DNA from: Candidatus Bathyarchaeota archaeon
GTDB taxonomy: Archaea > Thermoproteota > Bathyarchaeia > Bathyarchaeales > Bathycorpusculaceae
Direction of reading: 5' to 3'
DNA length: 64,000 nt
Assembly: GCA_963702095.1 (NCBI GenBank)
Contig: OY969706.1
Span: 1,888,001-1,952,000 of the forward strand
In this document: positions 1-9,204 of the stretch, piece after piece
Numbering within the stretch: the stretch's first letter is position 1
Layout: each line of letters starts with the position of its first letter
Made by a program: the position numbers and the translations under genes
The notes under the pieces: model-generated
Database searches by the model: none
Told to the model about the DNA's origin: nothing
The model's input: only the letters and a program-made list of their open reading frames with translations

Positions 1-938
1 CGATACATGCCCACAGCCAAAGCGCCAGTGACAATCGCGGGCAACGCCTCTGGAACAGCCGCAACAGCTAAGCTTACTGCCCAAAGCAACATGTCGATGG
101 GGTTTCGACCATCAATAATGCCTATTACCGCAACACCAACACAGACCGTGACGGCAAGGATAACAATCCATTTGCCCACGGACGCCATACGCCGCTCAAG
201 CGGAGTACTCTCTTCAGGGGCACTTTGGACTAGTTTAGCGATTTTACCAAATTCAGTGCTCATTCCAGTTTCGGTGACCGCTGCTTTTGCTCTGCCAGCA
301 GCAACGATTGTACCGGAGTAAAGCATGTTTTTGCGATCATTTAGCTGTGTATCGGCGGGGAGAACTTTGACGTCTTTTGTGCCAGGTGCGCTTTCGCCTG
401 TTAACGCAGCTTCATTGAGTTTTAGCTGAATGGCCTCGATTAAGCGTGCATCCGCTGGAATCTTATCGCCTGTATAAACCAGAATTATGTCACCGGGAAC
501 CAATTCGGAGGCGTGGATGCGTAGTTCTTTGCCGCCGCGCAAAACAGTAGCGGTCGGCGCAGCCATGCGTTTGAGGGCATCAACGGCTTTTTCGCTGCGA
601 TATTCTTCAAAGAAACCCAAAGACGCACTTGCAATAACAATTACAAAAATGATTAAGGCATCGATTGCTTCGCCAACCACCAGTGAGAGGACAGTGGCGA
701 TGATTAAGATGATCATGAGCACGTCTGTGAATTGTTCGAGGAACATGCGGATGGGTGAGACACCTTTTTCCTTTTTGAGTTCGTTTGTTCCATAGGTGCC
801 TATGCGGGTCTCGACTTCGCTTTGCGTTAAGCCCTTCTCGTCTGTTTTTAGTTCAGTCAGGGTTTGTTTGACGTCTAAGGAATGCCAGATTTTGGCGATT
901 TTTTGTTCTTCAAGTGATGTGTTGGTTTGCTGTGTCAT
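1..938 (-). CDS. Cation-transporting P-type ATPase (Ca2+-type, P2A-like), N-terminal part; runs off the window edge
   Basis: Hand translation from ATG at 938: MTQQTNTSLEEQKIAKIWHSL...LVPGDII...GDKIPADARL...NEAALTGES...AVAAVPEALPAIVT, containing the TGES and PEAL motifs. Not in the ORF track because it has no stop in the window. Confidence 0.93.
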   Translation of the reverse strand, partial: MTQQTNTSLEEQKIAKIWHSLDVKQTLTELKTDEKGLTQSEVETRIGTYGTNELKKEKGVSPIRMFLEQFTDVLMIILIIATVLSLVVGEAIDALIIFVIVIASASLGFFEEYRSEKAVDALKRMAAPTATVLRGGKELRIHASELVPGDIILVYTGDKIPADARLIEAIQLKLNEAALTGESAPGTKDVKVLPADTQLNDRKNMLYSGTIVAAGRAKAAVTETGMSTEFGKIAKLVQSAPEESTPLERRMASVGKWIVILAVTVCVGVAVIGIIDGRNPIDMLLWAVSLAVAAVPEALPAIVTGALAVGMY

Positions 939-939
939 G

Positions 940-2202
940 TTATCTCACCCAGAAAATCCATAGTAGCACGTTAGCTACTGCTACCGCCACAACGGAGAGG
1001 GGTAATCCAATTTTGATGTATTCTTTAGTGCTGACTAGACAGTTGTTTTTCTCCAAGAGGCCACAGGCGAACACGTTGGTTGCTGCACCCATGGGCAAGA
1101 TGTTGGCGCCGCTGCCTGTTCCGATGAGGGTGCCGAATAGCAAAGGCCAAGCACTCATGCCGCCATACGTTGCTAACTGTTGCCCCACCGGAATCATCAG
1201 TACAGTATAGGCGTTGGGGTCGATGAAAGACGATAAACCCACGGAAAGCCAAACCATGAACACCAGCAATATCGTGGGGTTGCTTATGCCTAAATCTATT
1301 ATAGCTTGAGAGAAAGCCGATAGTAAACCGGAAGTAGTCAAAGCATAGATTACTCCAAATATGCCTGCAAGGAAGATAAGGGAGTTCCAATCGAACTCAA
1401 CAATCATCCGCTTTGCATCTTTTCGTCCGATGACAATAGCAATTAACCCCACGATTACGCCGACTATACCCAAGCTTACGTTTAATTCTGGTGCTAAGGC
1501 TAGGGCTATAACACCTACAACGAAAAGAACACTGGGAAGCTTTGCTACTTTGATTTTTTCAGGCTCAATCTCAATAGTCTTCTTCATGTTTCGGAAGATT
1601 ATTAGAAGCGTTAAAAGCGCAGCGATAACGCCGACGGTAGTGATTGCGCCTAACCCTAATCTGCCTTGGAACCAGTAGAAGTCCAAAGGAGTTAGGCCGG
1701 TTTGGATTGCCAAAATCAACGCGGGAGGGTCAGCGATCATGGTGGTTGTTGTTACCATGTTGGCGCATACACCGACTGAAACGATGTAAGGGAATAGGGG
1801 GGAGCCAAGTTTTTTGGCCATTTGGATGGCAACTGGAGCCATCAGGAAGAGCACTGCGACGTTTGCCATGAAGGCGGAGAGGAAAGCGGCGACTGCACAG
1901 ATTGCAAGTAATGCATATTTTTCGGTTTTTATGTGTGTTAAGATTTTGTTGGCTATGAGTTCGGGCATTTTGCTCTCTGAGAATATGAAGGAGACCATCA
2001 TGAAGCCCCAGATAACGGCCAGTACGTCCCATTGTATGGCTGTAAAGATGGTGTCTTGCCAGGATACTATGCCGATGACTATGAGGGCTATTAGTGAGGC
2101 AACGGATACGTAAGCAAGTTTTACTCTTCGGCTTAGGGCTAACGCATAGCAAGCTATGAAGATGGGTAGGATTATTAGTTGTGCGTCTACTTGTAGCGTC
2201 AA
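940..2202 (-). CDS. ArsB/NhaD/SLC13 (IT superfamily) ion permease
   Basis: 420 aa polytopic membrane protein with LSAFMANV, TMIADPPAL, LSSFIDP and GANILPMGAATNV motifs; abuts the P-type ATPase. Confidence 0.85.
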   Translation of the reverse strand: MTLQVDAQLIILPIFIACYALALSRRVKLAYVSVASLIALIVIGIVSWQDTIFTAIQWDVLAVIWGFMMVSFIFSESKMPELIANKILTHIKTEKYALLAICAVAAFLSAFMANVAVLFLMAPVAIQMAKKLGSPLFPYIVSVGVCANMVTTTTMIADPPALILAIQTGLTPLDFYWFQGRLGLGAITTVGVIAALLTLLIIFRNMKKTIEIEPEKIKVAKLPSVLFVVGVIALALAPELNVSLGIVGVIVGLIAIVIGRKDAKRMIVEFDWNSLIFLAGIFGVIYALTTSGLLSAFSQAIIDLGISNPTILLVFMVWLSVGLSSFIDPNAYTVLMIPVGQQLATYGGMSAWPLLFGTLIGTGSGANILPMGAATNVFACGLLEKNNCLVSTKEYIKIGLPLSVVAVAVANVLLWIFWVR

Positions 2203-2245
2203 CCATCACTCTCTGTGGCTTTTTCCCATCTCACCGCTCGTTGCC

Positions 2246-2275
2246 ATATAAGGATAGTTATGATTTGTTCATAAC
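2246..2275 (-). promoter_or_regulatory. TATA-like box plus perfect palindrome GTTATGA-N5-TCATAAC
   Basis: atataaggatagttatgatttgttcataac upstream of the permease; near-identical copy at 3995-4024. Confidence 0.7.
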
Positions 2276-2397
2276 TTTTCAGAAAAAAAGAAATAACGTT
2301 AAGTTTAATCAGGGATAACTGGACAATTATCGATAGAGAAATGGGAACAATTTGCAAAAAAGAAAAGAAGGGAAGATTTTGTTTTTTTACGATTAAG

Positions 2398-3957
2398 CTA
2401 GTCCTTTCCTACTGCCTCACCCTTCTCTTTATCGAAGGGTTCTGGAGTAATCCATTCCTTAGCTTCGGGTTTCATCTCAACCTCTGGATAAGCTGTGAAG
2501 CCATGCTCTGTTATGTCCAAGCCTTTGATTTCTTCATGGTGCGGAGCTCTGAGTCCAATTGTGTACTTGATTACGCCGAATATGAGTAAGCCCATACCGA
2601 AAGCGAAGCCTGCAACGACTGCTATGTCAACGAGTTGTGCTGCTAACTGTCCTAAGCCTGCCGCCCCGTTTATGAATACACCTTGTACGCCGCCGTAAGT
2701 CCCGTTTGCAAATAGGCCGACTGCGAGTAGACCCCAAAGACCGTTAATGCCGTGAATGCCGAATGCGCCGACTGGATCGTCGATTTTCAGTTTGCGTTCA
2801 ATGAACATGTTGCCGTAGATTGCGAGCGGAGCTGCGATGGCACCGATGATTAGAGCTGCCCAGGGATCGACAAAAGCGCATCCTGCTGTGATAGCGACTA
2901 AGCCTGCTAAGGCACCTGAGCATACCACCTGAATGTCTGGTCCAGTGAAGTGTTTATGGTCGAGATAGCTAATTATTATGCCGATAACAGCGCCTACACC
3001 GCCTGCGAGGTATGTTGTGACTGCTACGTTTGCTGTTTGAAGGTCAAGTGTGCTAAGTGTACTGCCTGGGTTGAAGCCGAACCAGCCTAGGAACAGAATC
3101 ATCGTACCAATGACAATATACGGCACGTTTGTGTATCCGAAACTGCGAACCTCACCGTTCTTGCCGAATTTTCCGATACGTGGCCCAATAAGCCAGCATG
3201 CTGCTAAACCTGTAAAGCCACCGACTGCGTGCACGACTCCTGAACCTGCAAAATCTCTGACTCCTACACCCAATGGCAGTGTCGCGAGCCATCCTCCACC
3301 CCAAACCCAGTGACCATAAATTGGGTAAATTAGTATGTTAATGAGCACTGTGTACAGAAGGTATGCTTGGAATTTCATTCTTTCTGCAACCATACCTGCT
3401 ACAATTGTGACGGAGGTTGCTGCGAATACTGCTTGCCAGAAGAAGTACACCAATGTCAAGGGGCTTGCTGCAGCACCTAGTAATGCAAATCCGCTCCAGC
3501 CTATGAAAGAGTTGCCGGCATCTAATCCTGCGAGTGGCGTATAAACTAGTGCGCCTGCTGAGTCAAAGCCTGTGGGAAAAACCGCGCCTGAACCACCGAA
3601 CATTAAGCCAAACCCGACTAGAGCAAAGATTACTACACCTACGCTGAAGTCAAGATAGCTTTTTGTCCAGTAGTTGACTTGGTTTTTTTGTCGTATGTAG
3701 CCTGCGCCGAGGAATGCGAAGCCTAGCTGCATGAACCACACTAAGGCACCCATGGCCAGTGTCCAGGCGATGCTTACGCCCGTAGCCGTTTGTGTAAGAG
3801 CGTCAGTGGATTGAGCGAAGGATCTGCCAATGCTTAGGGCTAAGCATGTGATGAGAATGCCTGCTAGTATGTAGAATTTGCGTTTCATGAAGATTGCGGA
3901 GTGTTTTTCTAATGTTTTTTGTGCTAAGTTTGATGCTTTGCTTAGTATTTTTTTCAT
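2398..3957 (-). CDS. amt: Ammonium transporter (Amt family)
   Basis: FMQLGFA, DFAGSGVVH, GWFGFNPGS and DDPVGAFGIHG motifs; both pore histidines present. Confidence 0.96.
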   Translation of the reverse strand: MKKILSKASNLAQKTLEKHSAIFMKRKFYILAGILITCLALSIGRSFAQSTDALTQTATGVSIAWTLAMGALVWFMQLGFAFLGAGYIRQKNQVNYWTKSYLDFSVGVVIFALVGFGLMFGGSGAVFPTGFDSAGALVYTPLAGLDAGNSFIGWSGFALLGAAASPLTLVYFFWQAVFAATSVTIVAGMVAERMKFQAYLLYTVLINILIYPIYGHWVWGGGWLATLPLGVGVRDFAGSGVVHAVGGFTGLAACWLIGPRIGKFGKNGEVRSFGYTNVPYIVIGTMILFLGWFGFNPGSTLSTLDLQTANVAVTTYLAGGVGAVIGIIISYLDHKHFTGPDIQVVCSGALAGLVAITAGCAFVDPWAALIIGAIAAPLAIYGNMFIERKLKIDDPVGAFGIHGINGLWGLLAVGLFANGTYGGVQGVFINGAAGLGQLAAQLVDIAVVAGFAFGMGLLIFGVIKYTIGLRAPHHEEIKGLDITEHGFTAYPEVEMKPEAKEWITPEPFDKEKGEAVGKD

Positions 3958-3994
3958 GATTTCACCATTTTACAGAACGGTTGGGGCAAAGCCA

Positions 3995-4024
3995 ATATAA
4001 GGGTAGTTGTGATTTGTTCATAAC
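3995..4024 (-). promoter_or_regulatory. TATA-like box plus palindrome GTTGTGA-N5-TCATAAC
   Basis: atataagggtagttgtgatttgttcataac upstream of amt; differs from 2246-2275 at 2 of 30 positions. Confidence 0.7.
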
Positions 4025-4123
4025 ATTTATGAATAAATGGATAAATACACATGAAATCGACATAATTATGAATAAACGAATTACATTGAAGATGAATAAT
4101 CAAACAAATGTTAAAAGCGAAAC

Positions 4124-4600
4124 CTAAGGGGTCAGCTTAACCCTAAAATCCTCTTTCACCACATTAAGAGTAATATTAGTCATCGTCTTCCTGATATGCG
4201 GCGTAACCAACAAATCCTTAATCAAAGTATTCAAACTATCCCTATCCTTAAGCTTCACAATCGCAACAATATCAAAATCACCCGTAATCTCATAAACTGC
4301 GATAACATTAGACATCTGAGAAAGCTCATTCGCCAAATTCTTAAGATACCCACCCTCGGTTTGAATAAAAATTACCGCAGTCAAGTCATATCCCAGTTTT
4401 AGCGGATCCAAAACCGCAGTATACCCCTTCAGATAACCCCTGTCCTCTAAATGCTTAATCCGCGCCGATGCCATAACGCCAGACATGCTCAGTTTGGTAG
4501 CCAGTTTTCGGTAGCTTAGGTGGGAGTCTTCTTGCAGAGTGTTTAGTATCTGGATGTCAGTTTTATCTAGTCCGTTTTTTTGGGTTATTTTTTTTCGCAC
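4124..4600 (-). CDS. Lrp/AsnC family transcriptional regulator
   Basis: LDKTDIQILNTLQEDS HTH and YEITGDFD RAM-domain motif. Confidence 0.93.
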   Translation of the reverse strand: MRKKITQKNGLDKTDIQILNTLQEDSHLSYRKLATKLSMSGVMASARIKHLEDRGYLKGYTAVLDPLKLGYDLTAVIFIQTEGGYLKNLANELSQMSNVIAVYEITGDFDIVAIVKLKDRDSLNTLIKDLLVTPHIRKTMTNITLNVVKEDFRVKLTP

Positions 4601-4909
4601 AGTAGCCCTTCTTTGTGTTTTGGTTTCCTACTCGGTCGTAGAGTTGGCACATGCTAAAGGGGGTGTTCATGGGAGTTACGCTTCTGCGTTTTACGACTGT
4701 AAGATTAATTCTATCTTGACTGCACAAGTATTGCAATCTTGTATTTAAAACTACCCAATTGGACAGTAATATTCCAACAAAACATTCACTTGTAAAAGCA
4801 CCTATCAAAAAAGGTGGGGGCACCTCCAAAAACAAGAACCACAAAAACAGCATCCTCACAAAAACCTTATAACAACACAACGCTCCTTTGACCCCAATAG
4901 GCGAACGGC

Positions 4910-5821
4910 ATGAATTTCGGTTCATTCACATTCCAACCAGTAAAACCCCAAGGATTCGACTTCCATGTATTCCGCGTCAAACCAGAAACAGGACTACGAC
5001 TAAAACCCATGCCAGACATGGCAAGCAACATCGCAGTCTTCGCAGACACCCAAACTGGCCAAAACCACCCTGACTGGATTTCACAGTCACCTCTTGGACC
5101 CGCCAAATTTGGAAACAACAACTTTAACATTTACTGGAGCGTCCTTTGCCCCACCCAACCCGATTACCGCGAAGACCAACTGAAATATATCGCTGAAGTA
5201 GACAGGCAATCGCAGGGAATATGGTTAAACAGCCAATACTTCGCCGAGCATGGCCACTGCACCTGCCCAAGATGCCAAGAACTTTACCGGAAAAGCGGGT
5301 TGAGCTGGCTTGAGTGGCGACGCAAAGTAGTCACCGACTACATAGCCCAAATCCGTGATGTCGTCAAAAAAGAGCTTGTTTTAAGCCTTCAACCGGACCC
5401 CGTGAGTTCGCTGGAACGCTATGGCGTGGACTTTGAGGATTCCGCAAAATACGCCGACCGCTTCAACGTAGTTATGTTTAGCAAGAACTATGCGACGCCA
5501 TGGTACTGGGAGATGCTGACCAGAGCTTTCAAAAAAATCCTCAAAAAACCATTCTACATCAGCCTCTACGTTTATGGGCCAGGCGACAGCCCCCAAGATG
5601 TGCCGCCTCCCGCTGAACTGTTAACTGTCACCGCACGCTGCGCAAGGGTGGGTGGCATGGATGGTTTTCTGTATTTAACCGATGGAGAAAAAGAAATGAT
5701 GGATTTCCAGAAGGCGGCAATAGAAAAAACGGAGTTACGCCAGCGTCTGCGGTCTTATGGTGGAGAACCAGTGCAAGAGTTTCTCGACAGAGTTGCAAGC
5801 TGGGAAAAAATCTTTAGATAG
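4910..5821 (+). CDS. Hypothetical glycoside-hydrolase-like TIM-barrel protein with CxCxxC motif
   Basis: 303 aa; LCPTQPDYR, HCTCPRC and W..WRRKVVTDY patterns resemble GHL-type barrels. Confidence 0.55.
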   Translation: MNFGSFTFQPVKPQGFDFHVFRVKPETGLRLKPMPDMASNIAVFADTQTGQNHPDWISQSPLGPAKFGNNNFNIYWSVLCPTQPDYREDQLKYIAEVDRQSQGIWLNSQYFAEHGHCTCPRCQELYRKSGLSWLEWRRKVVTDYIAQIRDVVKKELVLSLQPDPVSSLERYGVDFEDSAKYADRFNVVMFSKNYATPWYWEMLTRAFKKILKKPFYISLYVYGPGDSPQDVPPPAELLTVTARCARVGGMDGFLYLTDGEKEMMDFQKAAIEKTELRQRLRSYGGEPVQEFLDRVASWEKIFR

Positions 5822-5887
5822 AGGGGCAGATGTGCCTCCGCCATATTTTTATTAGTAACCCTAAACTACAGAATACTTAGATACGTT

Positions 5888-6493
5888 TTGGTTGATTTTA
5901 TCTCCGACTTAGTTAAAGCCATCATAGCGCTCTTTATAATCGTTGATCCGTTAGGCAACATCCCCATCTTCATTGGTTTAACCGAGAAAATAGAACCCTC
6001 TCAGCGAAAGAAAATCTACAACGTCGCAGTCCTAGTCGGGGTCATATTGCTGTTGGTTTTTGCGTTTCTCGGACAAGAGATTCTAAACATTTTTGGCTTG
6101 TCAATTTATAGTTTTGAGATTGCAGGTGGCATACTGCTGCTCATCATATCAATCAGGATTTTGGTATCAGGCACAATGCGTGAAAACGTAGAGTCGCCTG
6201 AGAGTTTAGGCGCAGTTCCCATAGCCATGCCGTTGCTGGTTGGTCCAGGAGCCATCACAACAACCATCTTCAACCTTCAAGCCTACGGAACAGCAATAGC
6301 AATCGCAGCCGTCGTGGTTGTGCTGGCAATAACATGGATTATCCTGCGTTTCATTAATGGCGTATACAGGATTTTAGGTAAAACTGGTTCGCTTGTCATT
6401 GCGAGGGTTATGGCTCTTTTGATTGCAGCAATTGCGATACAGTATATTTTGACTGGCGCTACTCATTTTATAACCTTAAGTCACTTTGAATAA
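5888..6493 (+). CDS. MarC family membrane protein
   Basis: IIVDPLGNIPIF and VPIAMPLLVGPGAI motifs. Confidence 0.93.
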   Translation: MVDFISDLVKAIIALFIIVDPLGNIPIFIGLTEKIEPSQRKKIYNVAVLVGVILLLVFAFLGQEILNIFGLSIYSFEIAGGILLLIISIRILVSGTMRENVESPESLGAVPIAMPLLVGPGAITTTIFNLQAYGTAIAIAAVVVVLAITWIILRFINGVYRILGKTGSLVIARVMALLIAAIAIQYILTGATHFITLSHFE

Positions 6494-6727
6494 GATGCTG
6501 ATGTTGAGTTTTTGTGTCCATTAGAGTTCTCAAAGCAACAGAGAAGTGCTTACAAATCGATCAGCGCCTATGTCTTCAATGCAATTGTAGCCTTCTGGAG
6601 TGGCATAGTAGACAGATAAATCACTTAAGCAAGACATCACCTGACAGGACTGTGAAGCCTTTTCAGAAAACTTCAAATATTGACAAGCAACTCCAATGGG
6701 TCGTAATTCCCCAAAAGGCACGCTCGT

Positions 6728-6806
6728 GGGGCCGTCGTCTAGCATGGATTAGGATACTTGCCTGGGGCGCAAGCGATCCTGGGTTCAAATCCCAGCGGCC
6801 CCACCA
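6728..6806 (+). tRNA. tRNA-Pro(GGG)
   Basis: GGGGCCG/CGGCCCC acceptor stem, CTTGC-CTGGGGC-GCAAG anticodon arm, GGTTCAAATCC T-loop, encoded ACCA end. Confidence 0.96.
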
Positions 6807-6863
6807 CAACAATCTATGCCCCTGCTTAAATAGGGTCTACTACACCAAAACAGCAGTAGAATA

Positions 6864-7247
6864 CTAATGCAGAGCTAAACTAACAGTTAATACAATGAGG
6901 ACAAACAACGTTATCAAAACGTACTTCCAATTTCGCTCCCAAGTGAAGTAGAAGAATGAAGTTATGGCTCGTATATAGGGCGTCAAAATCAAAATGACGA
7001 TGCCTAAAGTTATGAAGAGCAGGGCGTTTTCGGCGGCAAAGAGGTTCTGAGCGGTCTGGATGATGAAAGCAAAAAAGTTTTCGCCAGTTATGTGAACATC
7101 GGGGCTACTGGAAACCGCCAGGTTGCCATAGGTGGTATAGTAGAGGAATAGGCCGATTGAAATCAGTGAAACGCTAACGACGACGCCGACTATGAGGAGG
7201 ATGCTAATGATGGCTTCAAGCTTGTTTTCTTCGTCCCTGGCGGTCAT
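6864..7247 (-). CDS. DUF1634-like membrane protein
   Basis: GIVILILTPYIR motif; overlaps the upstream TauE/SafE gene, its usual partner. Confidence 0.8.
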   Translation of the reverse strand: MTARDEENKLEAIISILLIVGVVVSVSLISIGLFLYYTTYGNLAVSSSPDVHITGENFFAFIIQTAQNLFAAENALLFITLGIVILILTPYIRAITSFFYFTWERNWKYVLITLFVLIVLTVSLALH

Positions 7248-8074
7248 AGCACGGTGACTCCTTTGTAGAGCATCTGAATAATTAGCATGATAACGATGGC
7301 GAAGAAGAGAATCCGAAGGTACCTGTCACGGATGCGGTGCAGAAACCTGCCGCCGACGACTGCGCCGACGGTGACGCCCATCGCCATCGGAGCCATCAAA
7401 GTCAAATTCAAAAACCCAGAAAACAAATACACACTCACTCCAGCCAAAGCGGTCATGCCGATGACAAAGCTGCTGGTTGCCGTGGATATCTTTGGGGGCA
7501 CCTTAAGGACTTTTTCGTGGACGATGACTTTGAATGCGCCTGCCCCAATGCCCAGCATGCCCGCAGCGATTCCCGCCACGAACATGCCGGCTCCTCCCAG
7601 CAAGGAATTAGTGGCTTTGTACTCGACGACTTTGTTTTTGGATGCGTCGAAGTAGCTTCCATGGAGCCCAAGCCATTTGGAGAGCCTATCTTGCTTTGCT
7701 GGGGGCGTGTATTCTTCTTGGAAGGACTTGCGGAAGTTGATAAATGAGGTTAGTAGGAAAGCGGCGAAGAGAAAGTAGAGGAAAACCGGTGCAATCAGGA
7801 CGGTGATCGTTGCGCCGACTATGGCTCCGATTATGGTGAACATTTCAAGGTACATTGCCAATCGAAGGTTGGTGATGCGGTGGCGTACAAAAGAGGCTGC
7901 GGCTCCGCTGGAGGTGGCAATTATGGCGACCATGCCTGAGGCGATAGCTTCCTGGATAGGAACCCCCAGCAGAACCAAGAGGGGGGTGAGAATGCTGGCG
8001 CCGCCTAAACCTGTAAGCGACCCTAAGAGGCCTACAAGGATTGATATCAGTAGCAGCGTAATCATATCTATCAA
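7244..8074 (-). CDS. Sulfite exporter TauE/SafE (TSUP) family protein
   Basis: GSLTGLGGASI and AGMLGIGAG repeats. Confidence 0.9.
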   Translation of the reverse strand: MIDMITLLLISILVGLLGSLTGLGGASILTPLLVLLGVPIQEAIASGMVAIIATSSGAAASFVRHRITNLRLAMYLEMFTIIGAIVGATITVLIAPVFLYFLFAAFLLTSFINFRKSFQEEYTPPAKQDRLSKWLGLHGSYFDASKNKVVEYKATNSLLGGAGMFVAGIAAGMLGIGAGAFKVIVHEKVLKVPPKISTATSSFVIGMTALAGVSVYLFSGFLNLTLMAPMAMGVTVGAVVGGRFLHRIRDRYLRILFFAIVIMLIIQMLYKGVTVL

Positions 8075-8179
8075 GGATGCTTCTCCAAGGTGTGAATTAA
8101 AGAGACAGCATTATTTAACCGCTTACTTTAAAGAAAAAATATTAATCCTTAACCCAATGATGTTTTGCACTGAAGAAGT

Positions 8180-8587
8180 ATGAAAAAAGTGTTTATCGGA
8201 GGACCCATTCTGGGCATTGAGAAACATCAGGACTACCGAAAAACAGTTACCCAAATCACGGACAAACTGGGCTTAGAAATCATCGACCCCTGGAAACGTG
8301 AACGCGTCCTCTACAACGGCACCGAAGAGTGCTGGTGGGATAAAGTTCCGACCTTCGATTTTGTCCAGCGGGACCTCGACGACGCCGATCGATGCGACAT
8401 TATGGTGGTGTACCTGCCTGTTCTCTCTGCGGGTGCCTGTATGGAGATGTTCTATGCTAAACGTAGGGGCAAAAAAGTCATCGTTGTCTCGCCGATTAAG
8501 TGCCTCAGCCCATGGATAGTCTACCATTCAGACATGATAATCAAGGGCTTCGACGAGTTGGAAGATATACTGCGTAAATTACTATAA
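8180..8587 (+). CDS. Nucleoside 2-deoxyribosyltransferase-like protein
   Basis: KVFIGGP, RDLDDADRCD and SAGACMEMFYA motifs. Confidence 0.75.
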   Translation: MKKVFIGGPILGIEKHQDYRKTVTQITDKLGLEIIDPWKRERVLYNGTEECWWDKVPTFDFVQRDLDDADRCDIMVVYLPVLSAGACMEMFYAKRRGKKVIVVSPIKCLSPWIVYHSDMIIKGFDELEDILRKLL

Positions 8588-8643
8588 TTCCTCCAATAGC
8601 CTATATTCCCAAAAAACAGCAAGAACAGCATTCGGTGTAGCCA

Positions 8644-9204
8644 GTGGACGCGTTAACCATCCTCTTAATCGCAGTCGGCTTAGCCATGGACGCCTTCGCG
8701 GTTTCGATAGCAAGCGGCATGACCATTACGGGCAACAGGCACAGAGCTGGCTTGTTGACGGCGGCTGCTTTCGGCGGCTTCCAGATGATTATGCCGGTGA
8801 TAGGCTGGGCAATTGGCTTAAGCTTGGCAGATTTTATTTCAAGCATTGACCACTGGATCGCGTTTGGTCTCTTGGCGTTTATCGGCGCAAAAATGATCTA
8901 CGAGGGAACAAAAAAAGAGGAAAAACACAACAGCTCAACTGAATTAAAAATGCATTCGCTGCTGATTTTGGCAGTAGCAACCAGCATTGACGCCTTGATG
9001 GTTGGCTTAAGCTTTGCTTTCCTACAAACCTCAATTGCACTGCCAATCGCGGTTATCGGCGCAGTCACGTTTGGGCTGTCTCTTGTCGGCTTCTACTTTG
9101 GCTGTGGCTTAGGCAAAGTTTTCGGGCACAGAATAGAGATCGTCGGCGGGATTGTGTTGATTCTTATTGGCTTAAAGATTTTGCTTGAGCACCTGCTTGC
9201 TTAG
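8644..9204 (+). CDS. mntP: Manganese efflux pump MntP
   Basis: GLAMDAFAVS and ATSIDAL motifs. Confidence 0.92.
   Translation: MDALTILLIAVGLAMDAFAVSIASGMTITGNRHRAGLLTAAAFGGFQMIMPVIGWAIGLSLADFISSIDHWIAFGLLAFIGAKMIYEGTKKEEKHNSSTELKMHSLLILAVATSIDALMVGLSFAFLQTSIALPIAVIGAVTFGLSLVGFYFGCGLGKVFGHRIEIVGGIVLILIGLKILLEHLLA

Noticed and set aside
7-1210. Many short antisense or nested ORFs here and throughout the track
   Set aside because: They are shadows of well-supported genes on the other strand or frame.
6514-6867. 117-aa ORF on the + strand
   Set aside because: It runs through tRNA-Pro and has no recognisable motif.
9164-9204. 41-nt convergent overlap of mntP and uvrC
   Set aside because: A short 3' overlap from an unconserved uvrC tail; common and not informative.
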